From: Crocinitomicaceae bacterium
GTDB lineage: Bacteria; Bacteroidota; Bacteroidia; Flavobacteriales_D; Crocinitomicaceae
Direction: 5' to 3'
DNA: 64,000 nucleotides
NCBI GenBank assembly: GCA_044340465.1
Contig: JBIITO010000001.1
Location: forward strand, 39 to 64,038
Position 1 is the stretch's first letter; each line of letters begins with the position of its first letter. Under the pieces are notes generated by a model. The model ran no database searches and had not been told where the DNA came from. It saw only the letters and a list, made by a program, of their open reading frames with translations. Below are positions 19,377-28,692 of the stretch, piece by piece. A program made the position numbers and the translations under genes.

Positions 19377-21536
19377 TTAGTTACAAGTCGTATTAAAACC
19401 AGGAGCGAAGATTAAGAAGTCATTCACGTCTGTGTCACCGTCTTTGTCCAAGTCGGTTGGACAAGCTTTTACACCCAAGGTTTGACCAAGCACTTGAGAA
19501 TAAGACCAGTCGGACAACCAGTTCTGACCAGGCGTAGAAGAGAACGCACCTCTATAAGGAGCAGGCTCAAAGAAACCATCAGATGGAGGTGTTGGGCATC
19601 CCGTGATAGATAGTGGCGTGGTTGGTACCGGATCATTTTTGGTGATGATCGCATTGGTGTTACCATTTATGGCAAATGCTGAACTGAAACCTGTAAGCGA
19701 AGCTAGTACATCGTTTTTGTCTGTTGTAGTGAATTGTGTTGTTTCGGTAGTGTTAGCAGCTGTACCATTGGCAGCCAAAGTGCTACCATTAATTACCAAA
19801 GAGTTTGTGTTTCCTATCAAGGTATTACACTTAATTTTCAAACTTTCAGTATTTGCATCAGGATCTTGCTGAGCCACTTCAGTAGTCCAGTTTTGGTATG
19901 AATTAAAGGTACGTCCATTCGTAATTCCTTTTTCAATATTGATACCGTTTTTAAATCCAGCAATAATTGAATTGTAAAGCTCACCTTCAGCACCATCTTT
20001 AAAGTTGGCTCCTGACAAAGATCGGTTGTCCGCTGAACCAGTAGTTTTACTGTTACCCATTAAAGTAAAGTTGTACAATATAGGATGTGATCTTGGTGTA
20101 GCGTTATTTGAATTGTCATCAGAATCTGCTTCAATACCATTATCATTGTCAGCACTAACATTGCCAGTACCACCCTGGTCAGCCTTCATTCCGTAAAAGA
20201 ATTGCGCTTTACCTGTCCAACCTAAATCGTAATCGAACATGTCATCGTTACCAAAAAGTGTAGTACAATATTTAAGATTCACTGTTCCACCGAAAACCTC
20301 GATATTATCATCTGCACACGAAACGATTTCAATGTGTTCAATTTTAGTACCACGACCAACCGAAGCAAGTGTTAAACCATTGATCTCAGAACCTACTAAA
20401 AGGTTCGCTCCTGAGTGACGGATGGATACATACGTCATTACACCTGAATTGTCATTGTCATCGAAAGAACCTGTATTTGTATAGTATGCACCAACATAAC
20501 TTGCTACGGTTCCACTAGTTCCAGAAGTTGGAGCAGTTCCAGAAGCAGGTGCGACATAAGTCATAGAACTAAAATAACCCGTTGCACCTGGATTTGGATA
20601 ATCTCCTCCAAAAGTGATTACATCACCTGCAGTAACAGCAGCAGTAAGGTTAGCTGAAAGGGTAAGAGTTGTCGTAAAAGGACCAGTACCTGTTTGGGCA
20701 ATACTTAAAATTGTCGAACCTGCCGCAATACCTGTTCCAGACACCGTTTGACCCTGAACGACGTAAGCAAGTGGTGAAGCCGAGCTAGAAAGTGTCAATT
20801 TGTTCTGTCCGGAAGCATTTGAGCCAGACACCGCATTTCCTGCCGTTAAATCAAACGTGTAGGACCCTGAAGGCGAAGTTGAAAGCACTGTACCATCTGG
20901 TATGCTCGTAGCCACCCCAAACTGATCTTGAGGATAAGAAGATGCAAAACCTTCAATTACTCCTAAACCATCTGCAACCGCCATTTTACCACCTTGCCCA
21001 GGAACGAACGGACCGTTGGTCGCCAACTTAAGGTTGTTGGATGCTTTGCCTAATACAAGCACCCCTCCCCACATACCTTTATTTGTAACTCCGTATGAGC
21101 CGTTAAGTGGGTCTGCGGCAGCCGTAAATACAATTGGACATGATTCTGTACCGGGAGCCATAATTTTACCTCCTCGTTCGATGATCAATGCCGTAGCAGC
21201 AGCAAGCGAGGGCGCAACGGTACCTTTTATTACTGTTCCTGGCTCGATGGTTAGCGTTGCACCAGGTGCCACATATATTTTTTGATCTAATGTCCAGATT
21301 TTGTCACACGTTAAAGTGACATTTCCCGTTATTTCACCTCCATAAGCAGAGGCGGCAAGGTTGGTCCACGCACCATTCGCCTGCGCCAAACTTTGAATCG
21401 TTTGCGTGGTTCGAGAGGTAGTGGAAGGACAGCCACAAGCTGCACCCAGGTTTTGTTGTGCAATTGACGCACTTGTTCCCAACACTGACATTGAGGCCAG
21501 CGTAAGTAGACTTTTCATCGTCTTTTTTGTTTTCAT
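19377..21536 (-). CDS. 719-aa secreted protein (possible parallel beta-helix-like repeats) ending in a dockerin-like Ca-binding motif; no T9SS CTD
   Basis: Signal peptide MKTKKTMKSLLTLASMSVLGTSASIAQ. G/T/S/N-rich with repeated short strands (IEHIEIVSCADDNIEVFGGTVNLKYCTTLFGNDDMFDYD). I hand-verified the last 29 aa as ACPTDLDKDGDTDVNDFLIFAPGFNTTCN. Confidence 0.7.
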   Translation of the reverse strand: MKTKKTMKSLLTLASMSVLGTSASIAQQNLGAACGCPSTTSRTTQTIQSLAQANGAWTNLAASAYGGEITGNVTLTCDKIWTLDQKIYVAPGATLTIEPGTVIKGTVAPSLAAATALIIERGGKIMAPGTESCPIVFTAAADPLNGSYGVTNKGMWGGVLVLGKASNNLKLATNGPFVPGQGGKMAVADGLGVIEGFASSYPQDQFGVATSIPDGTVLSTSPSGSYTFDLTAGNAVSGSNASGQNKLTLSSSASPLAYVVQGQTVSGTGIAAGSTILSIAQTGTGPFTTTLTLSANLTAAVTAGDVITFGGDYPNPGATGYFSSMTYVAPASGTAPTSGTSGTVASYVGAYYTNTGSFDDNDNSGVMTYVSIRHSGANLLVGSEINGLTLASVGRGTKIEHIEIVSCADDNIEVFGGTVNLKYCTTLFGNDDMFDYDLGWTGKAQFFYGMKADQGGTGNVSADNDNGIEADSDDNSNNATPRSHPILYNFTLMGNSKTTGSADNRSLSGANFKDGAEGELYNSIIAGFKNGINIEKGITNGRTFNSYQNWTTEVAQQDPDANTESLKIKCNTLIGNTNSLVINGSTLAANGTAANTTETTQFTTTDKNDVLASLTGFSSAFAINGNTNAIITKNDPVPTTPLSITGCPTPPSDGFFEPAPYRGAFSSTPGQNWLSDWSYSQVLGQTLGVKACPTDLDKDGDTDVNDFLIFAPGFNTTCN
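19380..19466 (-). other. C-terminal dockerin-like / EF-hand-type loop bracketed by two Cys
   Basis: C-PT-DLDKDGDTDVNDFLIF-APGFNTT-C-N. A D.D.DG.....D..L.F loop plus helix. Confidence 0.4.
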
Positions 21537-21686
21537 AAATAAATTATTTCTCGTTTACGAAGCAAAATTATGAGGCGGGTATGCCTTGAATATTAGCCCG
21601 AAATTATTTCTCTGCTAATCTTTTGCTCAAAAAGCGTACTAACGATATTAAGAATGCGTTAACTAGTTAACTATATTTAAAGAAGA

Positions 21687-22355
21687 CTAAAGACTTCTTA
21701 CCATTCCCATCTGGATACCACTGGAATATAAGCGACAAGGCAGCTCGCCTTTAGTCAATGGATTTATTTGAAATTGTCCGCAGAATTGCGTTCGAAAATT
21801 CCAGTTCTGATTCATACGAACACTTAGACCTATAGCCAACTGACCAAACACGGCAAAGGAAAAAGATCCCGGATAAACGGTAGTTCTTTGTAATGCATAG
21901 GCCTCATTGGTTCGATAAACAGCACGACTCTTTAATAAGACCGAAGAAACAAGCGCAGGTTGAAGAACCAACTGAAGTTTCTCATTTACTCTTTTGTAAA
22001 AATTACACCCTAGAGGAAACTGAAGGTAATGAAAGTTTAAGCGGTAGGATCGAAATCCATCCATGGTTTGGTCCTTATGTTGATACCCGTAATTACTATA
22101 TGCTATCCCCACGAAGAAAGATTTTCTCTCGGAAATTCCAAATTCATAGTTTATAAATGCACTACAACTAAGTTTTACCTCATGCGTACTGTCATGTTGC
22201 CGCTTGATCCAAGACAAATCTTCATTTTTTAATCCAAAAACACGATAGTTTACTGAGGGTGAAAAACCAAATGCCACAGCCTGCAATTTGTCTCGCTGAG
22301 CTAAACAACAGAGGGAAAGTGTAATAAATATTAAAAATAAAGTACTCGTTTTCAT
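21687..22355 (-). CDS. Outer-membrane beta-barrel protein (PorT/OmpW-size class)
   Basis: Signal peptide MKTSTLFLIFITLSLCCLAQ. 222 aa with alternating strands rich in aromatic residues and Gly. Confidence 0.5.
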   Translation of the reverse strand: MKTSTLFLIFITLSLCCLAQRDKLQAVAFGFSPSVNYRVFGLKNEDLSWIKRQHDSTHEVKLSCSAFINYEFGISERKSFFVGIAYSNYGYQHKDQTMDGFRSYRLNFHYLQFPLGCNFYKRVNEKLQLVLQPALVSSVLLKSRAVYRTNEAYALQRTTVYPGSFSFAVFGQLAIGLSVRMNQNWNFRTQFCGQFQINPLTKGELPCRLYSSGIQMGMVRSL

Positions 22356-22449
22356 ATGTAAATAATTTGTCTTTTAAAGGTCATATGGAATACGCCATGC
22401 TATTTTCATCGGTGCTTGCGCGAGGAGTTTGCATGGCTATTTCATAGAA

Positions 22450-23160
22450 TTAATCTTTTACGCAACGTACACTCATGCCATATTGGACATGAGCTAATTG
22501 CCTGAAAATGGTTTTTTTCTTCGCATCAAAATAACGATACCATGCTTCTGAACCATTGAGAGTTGAAGTCCAAAAGAAAGCCATATTCGCATTAACAGAG
22601 GCTATTCCATTGAATGTTTTGCACCCTGCCGGTAAAATTTTCATCTGATACTTATCGTTCCCGAAAGGCACACTATTCGTAGGCCAACCTTCCGAATAAT
22701 TGGGCAATAAGTCTTCCGCTTCATCAGTACCGCGCCATGCAAATGCGCCTACTTCATCATTCGACATGCCGATAAACCGTTCCAAGTCTTTCCAGTCTTC
22801 ATCTGTGGCAACATGCCAACCTGACGGTGCTAATTTCTTATCGCCTTGAATGGCTGACTGATTATATAAAAATCCATAAATCGAGTCGTTCAAAAAAGTG
22901 AAGCATGGGTCTGTACAGTTCGCCCACAAAGTATCTGAAGAAAAAATCGGAATATACTTGATTTCTGACCCATCGTTAAATTTGGTTACTTTCAGATTTT
23001 CTGCCATCCACCACTTTCCTCCAAGCAGAACTGTTTTGTAGACATTACCCTCAATATCCTTGACAGTTCCTGTTTGAATAGGCGCTTCTTGTGTTTCCTT
23101 TTTGCATGATGATACGGCTAAAGCGAATACCGTAATCATCCAAAAAAACTTAGTGTTCAT
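22450..23160 (-). CDS. FISUMP-domain (Fibrobacter succinogenes major paralogous domain) lipoprotein
   Basis: Start reset to MNTKFFWMITVFALAVSSC (lipobox-like Cys). GTVKDIEGNVYKTVLLGGKWWMAENLKVTKFNDGSEI is the characteristic D.(D/E)GN.Y.TV.IG.Q.WMAENL pattern. C-terminal WTST....AWYR......R.....G.SVRCVKD. Confidence 0.8.
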   Translation of the reverse strand: MNTKFFWMITVFALAVSSCKKETQEAPIQTGTVKDIEGNVYKTVLLGGKWWMAENLKVTKFNDGSEIKYIPIFSSDTLWANCTDPCFTFLNDSIYGFLYNQSAIQGDKKLAPSGWHVATDEDWKDLERFIGMSNDEVGAFAWRGTDEAEDLLPNYSEGWPTNSVPFGNDKYQMKILPAGCKTFNGIASVNANMAFFWTSTLNGSEAWYRYFDAKKKTIFRQLAHVQYGMSVRCVKD

Positions 23161-23161
23161 A

Positions 23162-24505
23162 TTAGTTGGATTTAACAAGGATGAGTGTTTTCACTTTTTC
23201 ACCAATTCGCACATTTAAATGATATAAACCATTTTCCAAATGAGAAACATCGAGGGATTCGCCAACGATTTTGTCCGAACCAGGAAGACTTTTTTGCAAT
23301 ACCTTCAACCCGTAGGCCGAGAATAACTCATAATCAATAGTCTCGTCTGTTATTCCCGAATATATATTCATTTTGAAATCTCCGTTGCTTGGGTTTGGAT
23401 AAACATCCAACTCAAATGATTCTCCCAAAAGCACAGGACACACTTGCGCGATATCTCTACCGTTGCAAAGCCCGGGATAGCAGCACAAGCCTTGCACATT
23501 GAAATTGGCAGTTGGATCAAAATTACATGCTATGGAATCCATACAACCGAGAATCAATGGCGTCAAACAGGTATTAGGTTGTAAACAAGCAACCCTCGGG
23601 TCGTATTCAAGGTAAGAGGGGTCATTGCAACCGCATTCCAGTGGATAGATCAAAAATGGATGGTATGTTTCCCCAGCTAATAACACACTATCTGAACCGA
23701 CAAAAACAAAGTTTTCCAGAGCACCATTTACCCATCCCTCTATTTCTAAATTCAGATGAAATGATAACTCCCCTTTGGTGGTGACCTGAGCAATGAGTAT
23801 CTGATTGCTATCAGGTATTACTCCAACCGTACCAGAGTTTCTTAATTCAAATTGGCGACTATTGAATTCCGTTCCGGGAACGACTGAGCCAAAAATGCTA
23901 CTATCAACTCCGGTTACAAAATCGGTAACTCCGTTAGCAAACCAGTTCGAGGGTTTTTTAACCAATGTATCCATACCATCTGCCACAGTTAATGGTCGCC
24001 CACAAGAAGGATCAATATTGGTAAGCAAACCAGAAGGTTTCATGGCGCTTCCGCCATCATTATTTATTCCCCCAATAAAAGAACCATCCAAATCAGAATC
24101 TTTTGGCAAGCCGAAATACGTTTTACTTCCCTGTGTTTTAGTTGTCTGACCAATTGTGAGCCAGCTATCCAAAGCAACGGTATTCTCTGAATAACGCGCT
24201 TTTACAAAATCTTTAGCAAAGGTTTGGCCATCAGACGAGTGATTATAAAAAGGTTCCGTACTCTGAATAATAAAGGGGTGGTTTTTATCGCCGTATAACT
24301 TTTTAAGAACATAACCGGGAGCTAGATCCACATAGATTCGATAGGTTGTGCTTCCAACCGGCAGTACTCCTCCAATGGTATTTGTAGCATCGTTAGCATC
24401 ACTCACATAATATTTTTCGACGAAGACTCTCTCCAGCTGAGCAAATCCCGATAAACCTAACAAAAGGAATATCAATAAAAGGCAATATTCAGTACTCTTT
24501 TTCAT
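23162..24505 (-). CDS. Secreted protein: unassigned LE..FVEKYY head domain, Cys-rich GC.D..ACNFDP-type modules, T9SS type A CTD
   Basis: Start reset to MKKSTEYCLLLIFLLLGLSGFAQ, 4 nt after the receptor stop. Head LERVFVEKYYVSDANDA...STTYRIYVDLAPGY...ILIAQVTTKGELSFHLNLEI. Cys-rich ECGCNDPSYLEYDP...GCMDSIACNFDPTANF. CTD VYPNPSNGDFKMNI...LENGLYHLNVRIGEKVKTLILVK. Confidence 0.8.
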   Translation of the reverse strand: MKKSTEYCLLLIFLLLGLSGFAQLERVFVEKYYVSDANDATNTIGGVLPVGSTTYRIYVDLAPGYVLKKLYGDKNHPFIIQSTEPFYNHSSDGQTFAKDFVKARYSENTVALDSWLTIGQTTKTQGSKTYFGLPKDSDLDGSFIGGINNDGGSAMKPSGLLTNIDPSCGRPLTVADGMDTLVKKPSNWFANGVTDFVTGVDSSIFGSVVPGTEFNSRQFELRNSGTVGVIPDSNQILIAQVTTKGELSFHLNLEIEGWVNGALENFVFVGSDSVLLAGETYHPFLIYPLECGCNDPSYLEYDPRVACLQPNTCLTPLILGCMDSIACNFDPTANFNVQGLCCYPGLCNGRDIAQVCPVLLGESFELDVYPNPSNGDFKMNIYSGITDETIDYELFSAYGLKVLQKSLPGSDKIVGESLDVSHLENGLYHLNVRIGEKVKTLILVKSN

Positions 24506-24509
24506 TTCG

Positions 24510-27500
24510 CTATAATTTGTAGGCAAGGCCAAGTGTAAATACTGTTCCGTATCTGAAACGGTCAAAATCAGCGTACCCATCGTTCAATTTATAGGCTCTT
24601 AGAACAGGTGCATTAAGAATGTCTCTGACCGTTAAGCTAGAAGAAAAATGTTTTCCTAAGGTTTTGGTGACCTTAAAGTCAAGAGAATGTCTCGGCATTT
24701 CATAAATATCTGGCCTTCCTTTTAAAATCCCTGTGATCACAAGCCTCGGTCCTTGCACGTTGTAGCTCACTGTTGCTGTCAATCCTAGGGAATCCGATTT
24801 ATAGGATAAAATACCGTTAATTATGTATGGCGCCTGACCAAACATTGTTCGTTGAACGGTATCAATTGGTATATATTCGATTTGATTTCCTGTCAAGATG
24901 ATAAAATCCTTTCGGACATATTGAGAATACGACTTGACAAAAGTTAAATTGGTTCTAAATTCCAAAAATTTACCAATTTGCTTTTTTCCTTCCAGTTCGA
25001 TTCCTGCGACATAAGAATTCTCATTATTATCCCAGGTGATTCCAGAACTACCAAAACCCATTTCAATATGGTTTGTAAAGTCTTTATAAAATAAACTGAA
25101 TGAAACATTATCGTTATTCCTAAAATAGGACTCAAATCTAAAGTCGAAATTATTGACCTCGGTAACCTTAAGGTTCGGATTTCCATAAATTAAGGTTCTG
25201 AACTCGTTATCATAAACGGCAGATGCACTCATCTCACGTATATTTGGACGAGCTACGGTCTGACTGAAATTGAATCGTAGATTCGTAGTTACTTTCTCTT
25301 CATTTCCTAACTTGAGTATCAGACTTCCCGATGGTAATAAATCAACTTGATCAATAATTCCCGGATTAATCAATGGATATCCAGGAATATTTACCCTTCT
25401 TCCGTCATTGATACCATAACCCAAAAGATCATATATGTATATATCAGACAACAACCCTGCTTTCTCGACGCGCAAACCACCATTGAATCGGAGCCTTTTG
25501 AAGACCTCGTAATCGACTAATCCATATCCGGATAGAATTGTACTATTTCCTATCGTTCGATTCCAATCCCAAATTTGATCCTGATAATAGAAATCAATTT
25601 GACCATTGGAAATCATGAACTTATCAGGAATTAAGTACATGTCAATATCATCGTTTTGCAACCCTTCGAATGCAACTTTATTCCCCTGAGCAAGAAAATA
25701 TTCATCCTGTTTAGAATTTCTATGCATCGCTTGATAAGCTGATCCAAACTTAAGTTTTCTTACAAGCTTCTTTTCCGGTTTAATCAAAGGAACCTCAATG
25801 GATAATCGGGTATCGAGAAGGTTCTCACTAAGGTACCTGTAGTAGCGACGAATACCATCGCCTGCATTTGGTGAAAACTGATACCCCTCAATAGAGTCAC
25901 CTATTCTAGTTGCGTCGTACTGTGTTAATTTAAAATCGGGGGCCACGCTGCTTCCCCGAGTGTAGGATACATTAGATTCGATTTTAATGTTGCTTTTTGG
26001 AAGAAGATGCTGTGATGATAATTGATAAATAAGTTGTTTGCGTTGTTCGTAGAAAATGTTTTTTCGAACACGATATTCTTGAAAATCATTCGTGTCCCAT
26101 TGGGTGGAAAAATTGGCCACGTCATTCGTTCCAATATAATTTGGCATAAACAAAACGGATACCTTATTATAGTCGTTTATCTTATACGCCAAATTGCTCA
26201 GCATGCTCCATGAATTTGTTTCACGACTGATGCGCGCATCATCAATAAATTCAATTGGATAATTAACTTCCTCTGCACCTATTCTTTGTGACACGCCGTT
26301 CGCATCGTAACGGATGGTATTTCCGTAACGAAATCCAAAAATATAGCCCAGGGGCCTGCCGAACAATTTAACCTGATCACCGATACTGAAATTTTGAGTG
26401 AAATTCAATGGTGCTTTGCGATACTTTACATTCCAATTATTGGCAAAGCCATTATTAAAATCAGTGCCTTCAGGGTTAATTAGAGCATATGCTTTTTGTG
26501 CATATTGAGAGTTATACTTTTTGAGCGCCGTTTGATAGGCAGACTGATCATTCATTTGAGAAGGGTTCAACAACCCTAACTGTATCAAACCTAATCTTAA
26601 ATAAGTTTCTTCCTCTGGACTTCCATCTGACCATCCCCTGACACCCAATTGGTCAAAATAACTTCCTAAGCCAAGCGCCACCATTTCCTGATAATTCGTT
26701 GGCTGAAGGATGGGAGCAGAAATTGTCGACTGAGAATCATCTCGTGAACGCAGACCACTATCAAAACCTAACCAATCCGTAGAACTTCGGTCTGAGGTAA
26801 CAAAATCACGAAATGTACTTTGGGCATTGTAGCCAATTTGTGACTCTACATTTACCATTAACTTATCTGGGTAATCTTTGGTTTCTACAGAAAGGTAGGC
26901 TCCTGTCCAATCACCCGGCAGATCCGGACTCGCCGTTTTCGTAATCACTATGTTGTCCACAAGGCTTGTAGGAATGATGTCAAGTTTGATATTGTTGGTT
27001 AAGGGGTCTAGAGTTGGTATTCTTGAACCGTTGAGGGTGGTTTTTACATATCTATCACCTATGCCCCTTACTGTTATTAATCCACCACTTGTAGAAACGC
27101 CCGAAACACGTGCGACAGCCGCTGTAACATTGGCATCACCGGTTTTTTTCATCGTTTCGGAGGAAATATAATCCAAGGTAGTAGCCGAATTGATTTTCAT
27201 TTTTTCCATGTAATAATCACTCGCCCTTACCTGTTTGGCAACCACTTTAACCTCCTTAATATCCCTAAGTTTATATGCTGTCATGGAGAAGTCTTTCACC
27301 AAAACCTGTTCATCTCTTAGTTTAATTCGCTGCGTGATGGTATCCATTCCCACAAAGGTTACCGAAAGCGTTTTTTCGTCGGATGTTTTGATCTGAAACG
27401 TGTAGTTACCATCCAAATCCGTTTTGGTGCCTACAGATGGCTCTTCTTTCAATGAAAGTCGTGCACCAATAATGGCTTCTCCATTTTCATCAGTCACCTT

Positions 27501-27572
27501 TCCAGTCAACGTTCCCTGTGAATAAGCTAGGTGAATAGAAAAAATGACAAAAAGGCACAAAAACGTTTTCAT
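24510..27572 (-). CDS. TonB-dependent outer-membrane receptor with N-terminal carboxypeptidase-regulatory-like domain
   Basis: Start reset to the ATG giving MKTFLCLFVIFSIHLAYSQ. GTLTGKVTDENGEAIIGARLSL...TDLDGNYTF (CarbopepD_reg-like). Plug-like VARVSGVSTSGGLITVRGIGDRYVKTTLNGSRIP. ~800-aa barrel-length remainder. Confidence 0.9.
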   Translation of the reverse strand: MKTFLCLFVIFSIHLAYSQGTLTGKVTDENGEAIIGARLSLKEEPSVGTKTDLDGNYTFQIKTSDEKTLSVTFVGMDTITQRIKLRDEQVLVKDFSMTAYKLRDIKEVKVVAKQVRASDYYMEKMKINSATTLDYISSETMKKTGDANVTAAVARVSGVSTSGGLITVRGIGDRYVKTTLNGSRIPTLDPLTNNIKLDIIPTSLVDNIVITKTASPDLPGDWTGAYLSVETKDYPDKLMVNVESQIGYNAQSTFRDFVTSDRSSTDWLGFDSGLRSRDDSQSTISAPILQPTNYQEMVALGLGSYFDQLGVRGWSDGSPEEETYLRLGLIQLGLLNPSQMNDQSAYQTALKKYNSQYAQKAYALINPEGTDFNNGFANNWNVKYRKAPLNFTQNFSIGDQVKLFGRPLGYIFGFRYGNTIRYDANGVSQRIGAEEVNYPIEFIDDARISRETNSWSMLSNLAYKINDYNKVSVLFMPNYIGTNDVANFSTQWDTNDFQEYRVRKNIFYEQRKQLIYQLSSQHLLPKSNIKIESNVSYTRGSSVAPDFKLTQYDATRIGDSIEGYQFSPNAGDGIRRYYRYLSENLLDTRLSIEVPLIKPEKKLVRKLKFGSAYQAMHRNSKQDEYFLAQGNKVAFEGLQNDDIDMYLIPDKFMISNGQIDFYYQDQIWDWNRTIGNSTILSGYGLVDYEVFKRLRFNGGLRVEKAGLLSDIYIYDLLGYGINDGRRVNIPGYPLINPGIIDQVDLLPSGSLILKLGNEEKVTTNLRFNFSQTVARPNIREMSASAVYDNEFRTLIYGNPNLKVTEVNNFDFRFESYFRNNDNVSFSLFYKDFTNHIEMGFGSSGITWDNNENSYVAGIELEGKKQIGKFLEFRTNLTFVKSYSQYVRKDFIILTGNQIEYIPIDTVQRTMFGQAPYIINGILSYKSDSLGLTATVSYNVQGPRLVITGILKGRPDIYEMPRHSLDFKVTKTLGKHFSSSLTVRDILNAPVLRAYKLNDGYADFDRFRYGTVFTLGLAYKL

Positions 27573-27592
27573 CGGAATCAAATTTTCTGTGC

Positions 27593-28690
27593 TTAGTTTT
27601 TAATCAGTTGGCGAACCCATTGTTGATCACCAACGGTCAATTTCAAAAGGTAAACGCCCTTTTCCATCTCATTAAGGTCAACCGATGAAACCAGTTTTCC
27701 ATTGGTTGAACTAACTTTTTGTTCTTGCAAGACCTGTCCGTTAAGATTCATTAACATCCAATTATCTGAAGGTTTCGTTACCTGATAATTCGATGCGAAT
27801 ATGGTGGCTTTGTCTAGTGTTGGGTTGGGATACAGAATTACCTCTATTGATTGATTTGAGAAGTCGTTCAGACCAACATTGTCCTGAGGAGATGAATTAT
27901 AAATCAACGTTTTTTCAAGTCGTTCGTTACCAACGGGATTCGAAGCAACATATATTTCACTTTCTCCAGGAATTGGTGTGCCAAGTTGAATGTTTAATTG
28001 AAAACTGAAATCTCCATCTGTCGTAAACTGTCCAAGTAGTACATTATTACTTGATGTCACACCTTGCACCCCACCCAATGCAGCAATCGCAGCCCCTTTG
28101 GTTAGGAATGAACCTCCTACCGTTTGGTCAAAAATATTCAGTTCATTTGTAAAACCAAGCGTATTCAATGCAGTTGGAGAACCAGGCAGCAGACCGTCTT
28201 GCGAACCAGGACCAGTAATAGGAAGACCTGCACTTGCATCGCTATTAGCAAGAATACCTTGATTATTTCCGATAGACCCATCCGAATCTTCTGTTTTGGG
28301 CACCCCCATCAAACCATTTGCAACTCCTCCGATTGTGAAATATGAATCGATCAACTGGGTGTTTTTTTTGGTATTATTCAAACTAGTGCCGCTGTAAAAA
28401 GGCACACCAAAATTGGGATCATTGTAAAATGAAGTGGTGGTTTCAACACGGAAATCGTGGTTGGCATCACCATACATCTGAATAACTCTATAACCAGGCA
28501 AAAGATTTGCATAAATCCTATAGGTTACTGAACCAACATGAAGAGGATACGGCGCATCATTATTTTTTGCATCTATTGAATCTTCTTTGTTAGAAACATA
28601 ATATTTCTCGACGAAAATCCCTTCTAAGCCATTTTGAGCGTTAAGTCCAAATGCCGAAAATATTCCAAGGGTAAGTAATGTTTTTTTCAT
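27593..28690 (-). CDS. Secreted protein: unassigned LEGIFVEKYY head domain plus T9SS type A CTD
   Basis: Signal peptide MKKTLLTLGIFSAFGLNAQ. Head NGLEGIFVEKYYVSNKED...SVTYRIYANLLPGY...NVLLGQFTTDGDFSFQLNIQL...IYVASNP. CTD ILYPNPTLDKATIF...MEKGVYLLKLTVGDQQWVRQLIKN. Confidence 0.8.
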   Translation of the reverse strand: MKKTLLTLGIFSAFGLNAQNGLEGIFVEKYYVSNKEDSIDAKNNDAPYPLHVGSVTYRIYANLLPGYRVIQMYGDANHDFRVETTTSFYNDPNFGVPFYSGTSLNNTKKNTQLIDSYFTIGGVANGLMGVPKTEDSDGSIGNNQGILANSDASAGLPITGPGSQDGLLPGSPTALNTLGFTNELNIFDQTVGGSFLTKGAAIAALGGVQGVTSSNNVLLGQFTTDGDFSFQLNIQLGTPIPGESEIYVASNPVGNERLEKTLIYNSSPQDNVGLNDFSNQSIEVILYPNPTLDKATIFASNYQVTKPSDNWMLMNLNGQVLQEQKVSSTNGKLVSSVDLNEMEKGVYLLKLTVGDQQWVRQLIKN

Positions 28691-28692
28691 TT

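Noticed and set aside
17600-21285. A/V/T/S-rich plus-strand ORFs (17600-17917, 17987-18238, 19603-19872, 20005-20196, 21016-21285) opposite the two large secreted-protein genes
   Set aside because: They are complements of Thr/Ala/Gly/Val-rich coding repeats. They have no independent start context or motifs.
19377-21536. Assigning the 719-aa protein a pectate-lyase, polysaccharide-lyase or other enzymatic function on the basis of beta-helix-like repeats
   Set aside because: I can see only compositional and short-repeat resemblance. I recognise no catalytic motif, so it is left as a secreted hypothetical protein.
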